Below are positions 51,764-64,000 of a DNA stretch of 64,000 nt, in pieces (the stretch's first letter is position 1; each line of letters opens with the position of its first letter). The DNA is taken from contig NC_042997.1 of NCBI RefSeq assembly GCF_006345805.1, forward strand, positions 85,436,001 to 85,500,000, written 5' to 3'. The stretch is from Octopus sinensis (lineage: Eukaryota). The position numbers and the translations under genes were made by a program. The notes beneath the pieces are model-generated. The model did no database searches. It was not told the origin of the DNA and was given only the letters and a program-made list of their open reading frames with translations.

Positions 51764-52407
51764 AATTTAAATAATGAGGGTGATAAATTGAATATTAATT
51801 TAATTAACATCTATTTAAAACCAGTAGCCTAGCATATAGAAAAATCTGAAAATTCAGAAAAATTGTAATACATGCATATAAGAAGGGACATCCAATATGC
51901 TAGAAGAAGATCACCTACAATCTAACCACAAATTCTTTTGGATGTCTACTTAGTGGTTATCCCTTCTTATACGCATGTATATATATATATATAAATATAT
52001 ATATATATGTAAAACAAATGAGAGGAAGAGGAAATGGAATTCATGAGATTATTTATTAATCACACCAATCATTTGAACCCATCTTGCATCGGCCCCTCAT
52101 GAGTGAGATTCTGGAAAACAGGTTGGTGCATTCTTCTGTGCAGATGTGATTTGCAAGGTGACTTTTCAAAAGGTACCTTACTCAATAAACTGTTTCACTT
52201 GTTTCAAGGGACTGATGCAAGATGGGTTGAAATGATCGATGTGATTAATAAAGAATCTTGTGAATTTTATTTTCTCTTTCTCTCATTTGTTATATACTTG
52301 ACAGACATGGAGGAATAACTGAAGTTAATCCTGTAGAGTTTATATCCATACTGTTGATGACATCAGATAGTTACAGAAAGCAGATGTGCTGAATCAGTAT
52401 ACTACAG

Positions 52408-52454
<47 letters not shown>

Positions 52455-52470
52455 GTATGTATATAAATAT

Positions 52471-52640
52471 AGGTGCAGGTGTGGCTGTGTGGTAAGAAGT
52501 TTGCTTCCCAACCACTTTGATTCCAGGTTCAGTCCCACTGCATGACACATTGGGCAAGTGTCTTCGATAGTCCCAGGCTGACTAAAGCCTTGGATTTGGT
52601 AAGCAGGAACACTGAAAGAAGCCCATTCTATATACATACA
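52471..52640 (+). mobile_element. SINE family A head half
   Basis: gcaggtgtggctgtgtggtaagaagtttgcttcccaacc...ggttcagtcccactg (A and B boxes). Confidence 0.85.
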
Positions 52641-52654
52641 CACATATATATATA

Positions 52655-53030
52655 TTATCATCGACATCGTTATTTAATGTCTGCTTTCCAGCATGGAAAG
52701 CGGACATTAAATACAACCCCAAAACAGTCTTATCTCAAAGACCTGGATGTGGGTTGGATGGTTTGACGGAAGCTGACCAACTGAAGGGCCGTTCAGGCTC
52801 CACATCTGCCTTGGTATGGTTTCTATGACTGGATGCCCTTCCTAATGTCAAACACTTTACAGAATATACTGGGTGATTTTTAGCTGGCACCAGCACTCAC
52901 AAGTCTGCAACATTAGGGATGCACAGCTAGAGAGGGTTGCGAGGGATGAGCTTGTATGCAAGGGCAACCATGCTTTTACATAGCTTGGTGTGTCTTCTCA
53001 AACACAGCAAACTGCCAGAAGTCTCAGTCC
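52655..53030 (-). mobile_element. RTE 3'-tail fragment with rearranged end
   Basis: ggatgcccttcctaatgtc and tgtgtcttctcaaacacagc motifs; fold-back at 52673-52711. Confidence 0.75.
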
Positions 53031-53049
53031 CCTACACATCCATACATAC

Positions 53050-53890
53050 ATACAGCCCCAAAACAGTCTTACCTCAAAGAAGACCTGGATGAAAAGCACT
53101 CAGCATACAAAAAACATGCATGGGTATGTTGCCAGGAAGCTTGAAGAAGACAGTAGAATTGACATGAAGCGCAGCCTCTCTTGGACACAAGACCACTACA
53201 TCACATCACACTTTGAAGGCTATGCATTTGCAATCCAGGAACAAGAGATTGCTACAAAGTACTTGGCAAACAAGAGAGACAGTGACGCTTTTGTAATCCC
53301 AAGGTGCAACCGCATGTGTAGGCTATGTCATGTTTCTGTGTAAGACATTACGCTTGTTATTAGCAGCTGTCCTAAGACGTCATCATAGTACTACCTCCCT
53401 ATGTGGCACAATGTTGTTGTTAAAACAATTTACAATGCCATCTGTAAAATGACTGTCCTGAAATAAACTTAGAAAATCCCTCTGTTATGGAATACATTAA
53501 TAAACACCAACTCAAGGAATACTGGTGGAATATTCCCATCAAAACTTCTGTCAAATATAAGCATAACAGGTCAGATATTGTTGTTTGGGACAGAGTAGTG
53601 AAGGTATGTACTATCATAGAGGTTGGTGGCCCTGCAGATATAAATATCTTTTTGAAAATCAAAAGAAAAAGAAAATATCTATGGACAGCTGCTCCGAAAC
53701 CTCCAGCTTCTATATCCAGACTATGAATTCATATTCATACCAATAATAATTAGGGAACTAGGTTTTGTTAGTAAATGCTTAAAGGAGAAATCGACCGGCT
53801 AATTCGTACATTACAAGTGCAATCTGTGAGTGGAACAGTAAAAATACGCAAGACTTTTCTCAAGTTCCCAATGTGAATTCATCTGTGTTA
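53050..53890 (+). pseudogene. RLE-type (R4/NeSL-like) LINE 3' portion
   Basis: YAFAIQEQEIATKYL...CNRMCRLCHVSV*DITLVISSC (CCHC knuckle), NRSDIVVWDRVVKVCTIIEVGGPADINI (nuclease), IPIIIRELG; stops and frameshifts. Confidence 0.85.
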
Positions 53891-53980
53891 GCTACATCCC
53901 AAAGATGGAACCTTGTATTAGAAACCAGCTCCATCCTCAGTGGAAAGTTTATAATATTTTAAAAAATAGAAGAGAAATAC

Positions 53981-54014
<34 letters not shown>

Positions 54015-54397
54015 AGTTTTGTGCCTCTGTTTTTCCTCCACCACTGCTTAACAACAAGTGTTGGTGTATTTGTGTCTCCATTAGTTAGCAGTTCAGCAAG
54101 GTTAACTGATTGAATAAGTTCCTAGCTTTACAAATAAATAATGAGTACTGGGCTTGATTCATGCAACTAAAAATTCTTCAATGTGGTGCTGTAGCATGGC
54201 CACAATCTAATGACTGAAACAATTAAATGATAAAAGATGAAAGATACACCCATCAACATTCACAGCATTAAATCAATTTCTTCTACTAACAGGTTTATAA
54301 GAAGTGCACTCAATGTTAGTCACTGAAGGTGTTCTCAAACAATACTAAAATGCTTTTTACTAGACTCACCAGTTTAATAAAATGTACATATATATAT

Positions 54398-55026
54398 GAG
54401 TCCATAACCCGTGGCCTTCTACATGGGATGGAGCCAGCCTACGTATGCATACCTTCCCTTCTTGGGACACAAAACTCTACTTGTGAAGACGTGATGAGGC
54501 AAGTGAGGATCAGAATCGAAATCGATCAATGGAAATTGCGGATGTGCTACCAGTGCCGGTGGCATGTCAAAACTCTGCTTGTGAAGACCCGTTGAGGCAA
54601 GTGACGATCAGAATCGAAATCGATCAATGGAAATCGATCAATGGAAATCGATCAATGGAAATTGCAGATGTGTTACCAGTGCCGTGGCATGTAAGAGAAC
54701 TTTCCGTTTCACAACCGTTGCCAGCACCGCCCCGTTTCGTGTCCGTTGCCAGCCTCGCCTGGCCCTCGTGCCGGTGGCACATAAAAAGCACCATCCGTTC
54801 ATGGCCGTTTGCCAGCTCTGTCTGGCACCAGTGCGGGTGGCACGTAAAAAGCACCCACTACACTCACGGAGTGGTTGGCGTTAGGAAGGGCATCCAGCCG
54901 TAGAAACACTGCGAGATTTGACTGGGCCTGATGAAGCCTTCTGGCTTCACAGACCCCAGTAGAACCGTCCAACCCATGCTAGCATGGAAAACGGACGCTA
55001 AACGATGATGATGATGATGATGATGA
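54398..55026 (+). mobile_element. Young RTE 3' fragment with 98-bp internal tandem duplication
   Basis: Units start at 54470 and 54568; 14-mer aaatcgatcaatgg x3 in the second unit; palindrome ccatgctagcatgg and (GAT)n tail. Confidence 0.85.
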
Positions 55027-55035
55027 TTTCTTTAC

Positions 55036-55118
<83 letters not shown>

Positions 55119-55267
55119 ATATATGTATATGTGTGTGTGGTGTGTGTGTGGTGTGTGTGTGTGTGTATGTATATATATATATATACACACATATAAACAT
55201 ATATATATATATGTACAAATATATATATAAATGTATGATATACATATATACTATATATGTGTGTGTG

Positions 55268-55316
<49 letters not shown>

Positions 55317-55350
55317 GCATGTATGTATCTGTCTATCTATCTATCTAGCT

Positions 55351-55382
<32 letters not shown>

Positions 55383-55482
55383 TACACACATATAAACATA
55401 TATATATTATGTATGTGTATATATATATGTGTGTGTGTGTGTGTATGTATATATGTATGAGCATGCATGTGTGTGTGAGTGA

Positions 55483-55541
<59 letters not shown>

Positions 55542-55599
55542 CGTGTGTGTGTGATTGTACATGTGACTTAAATGTAGTTCTACATCTTTTGCGTCAATA

Positions 55600-55770
55600 G
55601 TTTCAGATTTTCTCTCCTCATTAGTCAGGCATTCGGCCAACTTTCTATCATCTTCAACATTAGAAAATAACTTCTCCTTTGTTTTGTTTTTTCTAATTTG
55701 TTGGGCTTTTTCTTCCTTTTCTTTTTTTGCCAAACACATATTTTCTAATTCTGCTCTCCAGCCTCCAACT
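55600..55770 (-). other. Unexplained charged open frame (candidate exon or transposase C-terminal relic)
   Basis: After catgttcag: VGGWRAELENMCLAKKEKEEKAQQIRKNKTKEKLFSNVEDDRKLAECLTNEERKSETIDAKD. No strong donor found. Confidence 0.3.
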
Positions 55771-55963
55771 GCTGAACATGGGTGGGAGGGTCAACATCAA
55801 AATAATGAAATATTTTGGCCATCATTGATCTAACTTATTACTGTACCCTCTCACCAGAATAATCAAACAAGCTCAGTGCTAGAGTACTGTAGATGTATGT
55901 ATTTGTATGGATGTAGATCTGTTTATATATATATGTATATATATGTGTGTGTGTATGCATGTG

Positions 55964-56006
<43 letters not shown>

Positions 56007-56180
56007 TACATACACATACATATATATATACATACATATATATATATATATATGTATAATATATATATGTATGTGTATGTATATATAATATATATGTATA
56101 TATACATACACATGCATACACACACACATATATAACATACATATATAAACATATATATATATATATATACATACACATAC

Positions 56181-56231
<51 letters not shown>

Positions 56232-56233
<2 letters not shown>

Positions 56234-56628
56234 TTACTCGTTTCAGTCATTTGACTGTGGCCATGCTGGAGCACCGCCTTTAATCGAGCAACTCGACCCC
56301 GGGACTTATTCTTTTGTAAGCCCAGTACTTATTCTATCGGCCTCTTTTGCCGAACCGCTAAGTGACAGGGACGTAAACACACCAGCATCGGTTGTCAAGC
56401 AATGCTAGGAGGACAAATACAGACACACAAACATACACACACACATATATATATATATATACATATATACGACGGGCTTCTTTCAGTTTCTGTCTACCAA
56501 ATCCACTCACAAGGCATTGGTCGGCCCGGGGCTATAGCAGAAGACACTTGCCCAAGATGCCATGCAGTGGGACTGAACCCGGAACTATGTGGTTGCTAAG
56601 CAAGCTACTTACCACACAGCCACTCCTG
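56232..56628 (-). mobile_element. SINE family A, full length, CpG-rich (young)
   Basis: Both halves present around a TA/CA spacer, head ccacacagccactcctgc. Confidence 0.9.
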
Positions 56629-56632
56629 CGTC

Positions 56633-56663
<31 letters not shown>

Positions 56664-56732
56664 CATGTATATCTATGTATATGTATACACACAGACATAG
56701 ATATATGTATACACATATGTACATACATGTGT

Positions 56733-56770
<38 letters not shown>

Positions 56771-56774
56771 ATGC

Positions 56775-56995
56775 ATATAGAATTGTTAGCCCACTGGGTG
56801 AAATGCTTAGTCATATTTTGTCTGCCTTCATGTTCTGAGTTCAAATTCAATCTAAGTCGTCTTTGCCTTTTATCCTTTCAGGGTTGATAAACTAAATACC
56901 AGTTACACACTGGGATCGATGTAATCGACTTGTTCCCCCCCCCCCACAAGTTTCAGGACTTGTGCTTTTAGCAGGAAGGATTATCATTATTATTT
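56775..56995 (+). mobile_element. SINE family B
   Basis: gaattgttagcccactgggtgaaatgcttag...gagttcaaattc...cctttcagggttgataaactaaataccag. Confidence 0.8.
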
Positions 56996-57806
56996 AAGAT
57001 GTTGCACAGTATCCGATATTGTGAGGTTGTTGATTGAAGGTATTGTGTCTACCAGATCTTTCTACTGTCTGTCAAGTCACAAGAAGAACCTCAGACAGAC
57101 AGTACTTTATGCAATATGCATACAGTTCCAAGTAATGCTGATTTTTGCAATACACCTACAAAGAATAGACATGTACATTTTGTTGATCATTTTAATTTAA
57201 TTTAATGTTACTTTTTTTCCATGAGATGGATCAGCTAGGCTCTTTCCAGCAAGTAACTGAAAGTAACTCAAATTTAGGCAGAGATTAAGAGAGAGACAGC
57301 TAGCTGCATATCATCCTCTAATGACAGCACTTTTTGAACCTTGTTCTGGAAAAACTTTGTTCTCAATGGTTAAGAATTGAGAACAGTTAAAGCTCCCCAC
57401 ACATTGTTTAGATAAAGATGCGTAAGTCTTTGCCATTGAACATCAGAATATTGTTGGGGAAGACATTTCACAAATATTTTTGATCATGAAATCATTTATA
57501 AATTCCACAAGTCTATGTGTCAATCATCACTGTATCACCCCCACCACCACCCACTCCCTATTTTTCTAACCAGGTTCTGCACTCATATTCACACGCCATT
57601 CTTCTACTCTCTCTTACACTTTTGCTCTTTCCTACTCTCTCTCTCTCTCTCGCTCTCTCTCTCTCTTTCCTTTGGTTACTTTCTCTCTCCTTCTCTTGCT
57701 TTTCCTCTGACTAGGTAACCAAGTATCACCTTTACATCAGCACACTTGTTTCTGGCCTCTTTCTGTACCTCTCTCTCACTCTCTATTTTCTTTCTCTCTC
57801 TCACTT

Positions 57807-57843
<37 letters not shown>

Positions 57844-57964
57844 TTCTCTCTCTCTCACTGAGTAACCATGTACCTCCTTTATAGCAAGTCACCTATTTCT
57901 GTCTCTCTATTTCTCTGTTACACTCTAACATTTCATCATTTGATACTGGATCAACTCCTCTAAT

Positions 57965-58392
57965 GTCCCCTCTGTTGTGGCAAGACACCTGCTTCTGTCT
58001 CTTTGTCGCTTTGTCACACTCTAACTTTCATCCTCTGACACAAACGCCCTGCTCCTCTCATAATTCCTTGTCTTGTGAGTTACTTGGTTACACTGCCAGT
58101 GCTGGTGCCACATTAAAAGCATCCAGTCCACACTGTAACATGGCTGGCATTTGGAAGGGCATCCAGCAGTAAAAATCTTGCCAAAACTAACTTCGCCTGT
58201 GCTAGTACCACATAAAAAGCATTGAGGCCACTCTGTGAACTGGTTGGTGTTAGGAAGGGCATCCAGCTGTAAAATCCCTGCCAAAACAGACACAGTAGCC
58301 TTGAGTAGATTTTCTACTTGGCCAGCTCCTGTCAGCCATCCTACCCATGCATGCATGGAAGATGAACTTTAAATGATGATGATGATGATGAT
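57965..58392 (+). mobile_element. RTE 3'-tail fragment(s)
   Basis: gaagggcatccagc twice, acccatgcatgcatggaag, (ATG)n tail. Confidence 0.7.
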
Positions 58393-58739
58393 CAGGGATT
58401 AATTTTGAAAGAATTTTGAATGCATCAGTAATCCAAACTATTAATATAAGAAAAATTAGAAAAGAAGCAAATAAAATGTTTAGTGGCATTTCATGTCCTA
58501 ACCGCTGGACTTCAAATTCTACCAAGGTCGACTTTGCTTTCCATTCTTTTTGGTAGTCATAAATTAAATACCAGTTAAACAATAGAGCCGATGTAATTGA
58601 CTTAGCCTTCCTCTGAAATTGCTGGCTTTGAGCCAAAATTTGAAACCGATATAAGAAGAATAAGAATCTATTTCACCATCAAAATACTTTTGAGCTAATA
58701 CTGACGTCAATGGAGTCTTCTGTTTCTAGCAGTATGATG

Positions 58740-59300
58740 TTTTCACTCATATTCTCAAAAATGTCGTAATGACCCACCTTCAGTTTTACCTTCCACAACT
58801 CAAGTTTCATCTGGAATAATTTTAATTTGTTAACAAAGAGTATAACAGTCACTAAGTTCCTGAAATAACTTGTTGGTTGTATTAAGTTTTAAGAAAATAT
58901 CATTCAAGGTTAGCTTTACCTTCTAATTGTTATCAGAAAGTTTAATTACTTTATATTGCGGCATTCTCAAAAAGTATTTTGTCATTTTTTATCACAGCAA
59001 CTCATGCTACTGTATTACCCCTTGAAAAATCGTCTCCCTTATGTGGTAACTAAAGTGTCTTTCCCTCTGTATTTCATTTTTGATATAAGAAATGCTGTAT
59101 CCTTGTGTCCAGATGAAGAGATTTGAGTAAAGTTCACTATGGCTACAGTATCATCAAGAAAGAATTTGAGTGTCAGATGCAGTGTCTTTGTATACAATGC
59201 ATATCTATGAATTTGACAGTATATGTTCTTTACAACAGGCTTAACTTTTGACATTCTTACTAAGAACAACGTAGTATTGCAGGAACTTTATCAGCTTTTC
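58740..59300 (-). pseudogene. hAT (Buster/Charlie-type) transposase fragment
   Basis: FLVRMSKVKPVVKNIYCQIHRYALYTKTL..LKFFLDDTVAIVNF (CxxHRxAL motif), TLVTT*GRRFFK ~ LLLHTEVRWLSRG, LNDIFLKLN remnants. Confidence 0.75.
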
Positions 59301-59425
59301 ACCTGACTGACAGTTTTCTATGAAAGACTGACTTTAACAATAAACTTAACGATACAACTTCATATATATATCTTCTTTCTTTCTCCTCTCCATGCCTCAT
59401 AAAACAAGAATTCTTTTTCACAATA

Positions 59426-59466
<41 letters not shown>

Positions 59467-59468
<2 letters not shown>

Positions 59469-62400
59469 TCATCATCATCATCATAATCGTTTAAAATCTG
59501 CTTTCCATGCTGACATGGGTTGGATGGTTTGTCTGAGGACTAGCAAGACAGGACGTTGCAACAAGCTCCAGTCTGTTCTGGCAAGATTTCTACAGCTGGA
59601 AGCCCTTCCTAGCACCAACCACTGTGTGAGTGTAGTGGGTGCTTTTTATGTGCCACTGGCAGGGGGCCAGTCAGGAAGCACTGGCATCAACCACGCTTGA
59701 ATGGTGCTTTTTACATACCACCAGCATGGACACCAGTCAGGCGGCACTGGCATCAGCCACAACAACGATATCACTTGATTCAACAGGTCTTCTGAAGCAC
59801 AGCATATTGCTTGACGATTGAAGGGCACTTTTAAATGGGCCGGTTATGTGACGCTGGCATTGGCCACAGCTACAATCTCACTTGGCTTGCTGGGTCTTCT
59901 CAAGCACAGCATATCTCCAAAGACTTCAGTCACTTGTCATTGCCACTGTGAGGCCCAACGTTTGAAGGTCATGCTTCACGACCTCATCCCATGTCTTCCT
60001 GGGTCTACTTCTTTCCCAGGTTCCCTCGACTGTTAGGATGTGACACTTCTTCACACTGCTGTCCTCATCTATACACAACACATGACCATACCAGCACAGT
60101 CGTCTCTCTTGCACACTACATCTGAGGCTTCTTATGTCCAACTCTCCTCTCAAAGCGCTTACACTCTGTCAGGTGTGCTCACTGACATTACACATCCAAC
60201 GGGGCATACTAGCTTCATTTCTTTCAACCCTACACATGTCCTCAGCAGTTACAGCCCGTGTTTCACTGTTGTGTAACATGGCTGTTTGCTTACATGCATC
60301 AGTCTACCTTTCACTCTTTGCGAGAGGCTCTTTGTTACCAGTAGAGGTAGGAGCTCTCTGAATTTTGCCCAGGCACTTCTTATTCTAGCAAATACACTCT
60401 CATAGCATCCACCCCTGCTACTGACTGGGTTACCTAGGTAATGGAAGCTATCAACTACTAGTTATTTCTCCTGGCATGTGATGGAATCTGTTTTCTGCAC
60501 ATTTTCAGTGTTTATTGCCCCTGAGCATTTTCCACACACACAAACTATCTTCCCAATTAACCTTCCTTTGGTATTGCTGCACCTTTTATGTGTCCATAGC
60601 TTACACCTGGTACATCTTATGGAGTTTCTACCTATGCCTTTTCTACAGATCAAGCAGGGCCAGCTACCTGAAGGGATTTGTGATGTCTGCCTTCCTACTT
60701 ACTAAGACTTTGATTTTACTAGATTGATTCTAAAGCCCTTCGATTCTAGACCTTGCTTCCACACCTGAAGCTTCTTCTCTAGTTCTGGTAGTGATTCAGC
60801 TATTAGAGCAAGGTCATCAGCATAGAGGAGCTCTGAGAGGCAGCCCATCGTGAATTACTCTGTTATTGCCTGGAGGACTATGAATAAAAGGGGGGACTGA
60901 GCAGTGATCCTTGGTGAACCCCTACTGCTACCTGGATTTCTTCACTATACTCATTGCCAAACCTCCCCTTACTGACAACATCTCAGTAAATAGCTTGTAC
61001 AGCTCTCATCAACCACTCATCTATCCCTAGTTTCTGCATTAACCACCAGATAAGTGATGGGGGAACTGTCAATGAAAACCAAGTTCAGAGTTTTATCTTT
61101 GGCTAGGAATTTCTCCTGCAGATGTCTTACCAGAAATATAGCATCAGTGGTGCTTTTCCCAGGCACAAACCCAAACTGCATCCCATCCAAACTAACTCTC
61201 TCCCTAATTAGTTGAGCTATGACCCTCTCCATGACTTTCATCACCTGGTCCAACAGTTTTATACCTCTAATTATTCATATCTAATGCAACACCTTTACCC
61301 TTGTAGCACTTGACCGTGGCACCGCTACACCAGTCATTGTGCATGACTCCTTTATGTATCACCTGATCAACTATACGGGCAACTACACTATAGCCTACAC
61401 TGCCAGATATCTTAAGCATTTTTGCAGTGATTCCTGATGGGCCAGGGATTTTCCCTGTCTTCATACCTTTAATTGCTTTGTCTACCGGATAGCTGGTCCC
61501 TCTATAGGGACTCACTTTTGGCAGACTCACTTTCTCCCATTCATTCTCTTCACTTAGCAACCTTTCATAGTTGTGTCTCCAAGTTTCTCTCTTTGCAGCT
61601 CATTAAATGCAAGTGAGCCATCATCCATGCAGATACATTTCTCTCCTATGACATCATAATTCTCTCTCACACACTGCCTTGCAATACAAAACACTTGAAG
61701 TTTCTGGTTCTCATGACACAGAACATTGGTAAATTTTTTTCTTTGCTTCCCCTCTGGTTAATTAAACCTGTCTCCTAGCTTCTCTTCTGGCAATCTGATA
61801 CAATTCCCTGCTACCACTGTTCTTCCAGTCCTTCCGTGCCAGTTTCTTTTCTCTAATGGCCCTGTCAACTACATTGTTCCATCACCACATTACCTTAGGT
61901 CAAGAGGGGACCTTGCACCTACCATAGATCTGATCAGTTGCCTTCAACAGGTTCTCCCATAGGAACCTCCAGTTGCCCCCACATTATGTGATGTTACATC
62001 CTCCACTTCTTCATCAAAAGCTTCAAATAATGTTTCTAAATCTCTGTCCATTCTTTAAGCTTCCAGACCCTTCTTTTCCATGCTGGTCATCTTCTGAGCA
62101 GCCATTTAGCCCTGATCCGGAAGTCACTAGCTACTAAACTATGTTGTGGGGTGCATTCTTCACCTGGGAAGGTTTTGGCATTTATAAGTAGCCATCTTTC
62201 CACTTTTCTGGTGAGAATGTAGTAAATCTGACTAGTGTGCCCATCAGACTGGTAGGTGAAACAGTGACTGGCAGGTTTCCTGAAGTTAGTATTACAGATC
62301 ATAAGATCATTTGCATCACAGAACACCAGCAGCCTGGTTCCTTCCTCACTGTGGGAACCAAATCCATAGCCACCATGTACACCATGGAAGCTCCCTGGAT

Positions 62401-62950
62401 GTTGTCCAACATGCCCGTTGAAGTCGCCAGCCACAAGGAGAAGGTCCCAATCATTTGTTGATGAGGTAGTCTGCAAGAGGGTGTCATAAAATCGGCCTTT
62501 CTATTCATCAGGGAGCTCTGGTTGAGGGACATAAGCCAAGATAATGGTTGCTTATCCATGTTTCAGTACTAGTCTAAGCTTAAGTATTCAATCACAGTCT
62601 CTGACTACCTCAGTTACCTTATCAACTCATTTCTCCATAAGGAGTATAGCCACAGCCCCAAACCCATCAGTGTTCCCTACCCAGAAAATCTTATACCTAT
62701 GTTCTTTGCCTGTGAGAAATCTAGCAGAACTTCTTCCCCACCTTACTTCTTGGATGCAGCACAAATCTACACACCTCCATTCAAAAATCTCAACAATCTC
62801 ACCAAACCTACCTTTCAATGTGCCAACATTAAGTGTGCCAACTCTGAAGACATCGAAGGTGTGGGCCAGTGAGACCCTGAGATAGGGGACAGTAACATCA
62901 TGCATCTGAAAGAAAGCTCACACTTGGCAGATCTCATAAACATACAAATA
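59467..62950 (-). mobile_element. Near full-length decayed RTE-clade LINE (APE endonuclease + RT + PHD-like finger + 3' UTR)
   Basis: RVGTLNVGTLKGR..VDLCCIQEVRW and GDFNGHVG (APE); QFGFVPGKSTTDAIF, GVHQGSLLSPLLF, ELLYADDL at about 60810-60830 (RT); RRLCWYGHV..RPRKTWDEVV; (GAT)n tail. Inactivated by stops, frameshifts and loss of the EKAFD motif. 5' UTR may extend to about 63250. Confidence 0.95.
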
Positions 62951-64000
62951 GCCTTCAACCTGCATACACTACACCATCATTCTATTCAATACATAATCGC
63001 TACATTCAACAAGAGATAGACACTAGGTAGGGATGGAAGGGAAAGGGAGGGGGAAGTGTTCTGTATAGTAAGCCGTTAGAGGTGCTCAGGAGAAAGACAT
63101 CCGGTAGAGATCAGAGGATAAAGACTTCCAGTATAGGTGGTGCATGAACAGTAAAGCACTGTGGCTGCCCTATTCCCTCGCAGAAGCCAATGTGCATAGC
63201 CACAGACAAAGTGAGCTACTAATCAACAGTCGACATGGGAAGAGCAAGTGGTTAACAAAACTGAGAGAGAGAGAGAGAGTCCGGAATTAAGGCTGGTCGA
63301 AAACAAAACATGAAGAGATGGAATTTTCGAGATTTTGAGCAAGAGTAAACAGGATTGAACAGTTGGATTTCTTAACTTCACTTTAACAATAATAATTATT
63401 ATAAAGAGCACTATAGAGTGAAACAGAATTGAACATTGCATTCTTAACTTTAACTATAGCTATAGCTATAACCTTCAGTATGTAGAACAATAATAATAGT
63501 TATGATGAGCGTTAAAGTGAGAGAGAATTGAATTAAACATAGGGTTTCTTAAGTTTATTATAACGTGGTATGGAATAGATGAAACTGTGTGGGTGCATAG
63601 ATAAATTAATGAATAATAATAATAATTATAATTTGTGCTGTAAAATGAGGTTTAGAGGTATGCTAGGTTGGAAACAAGAGTTGTTTATTTGAACATTTTG
63701 TCTTTCTGTGATTTCCTCCCCAAGCATTGTAGTTCACTGCTACTACATAAGACAAGGGAATTTTAAACCTACCATAACTGACATTTCCAGTTTTTCTTCT
63801 GAAGATGGGCCTTGTACCTGCAATATAAAGGTTTTATAAAACTTACCACATTCTCAGAAGCTTTCTATTTTCTCTCTTTTTACCTTCTTCGATATGTATA
63901 TCTTGCAAGATTATGATTTCAAATCCCAGAATGATGGCATGTTGTGTTCTGAAGCAAAAGTACTGCATTTCAAGTTATTCCAGTCTACTCAGCTGTAAAT

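Noticed and set aside
139-56995. tRNA genes suggested by A/B-box motifs
   Set aside because: The motifs are heads of multi-copy SINEs; no cloverleaf or discrete tRNA 3' end.
5678-57858. Dozens of ORF-track entries rich in YI/CV/HT/poly-L/I/Y/K/E
   Set aside because: They are translations of (TA)n, (CA)n, (TATG)n and trinucleotide microsatellites, not genes.
63795-63845. Hammerhead core CTGAAGA..
   Set aside because: GAAA and helix III not recoverable.

Overview
This is 64 kb of AT-rich, microsatellite-dense eukaryotic DNA. Its SINE, RTE and Penelope repertoire matches what I recognise from octopus (coleoid cephalopod) genomes; the species is an inference. I could not identify any host protein-coding gene. 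Almost all ORF-track entries are translated microsatellites. The window is a stack of transposon relics: a near full-length decayed RTE LINE (minus, about 59.5-62.9 kb) plus about a dozen 3' fragments of it; R4/Dong/NeSL-like RLE LINE remnants; Penelope-like (PLE) fragments; Tc1, mariner, maT and hAT transposase pseudogenes; MITEs; non-autonomous Helitrons (one nested in another); and more than 30 copies of three tRNA-type SINE families. The most notable signal is a set of PLE-type head-to-head inverted repeats carrying minimal type I hammerhead ribozyme motifs with palindromic helix III. The best one lies in an element with a perfect 82-bp inverted repeat at 41916-42174. Other signals include a fold-back plus templated insertion, a 613-bp tandem duplication and several minus-strand candidate exons with strong splice sites that could belong to an unidentified spliced transcript. 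Boundaries of decayed repeats are approximate (tens of bases).
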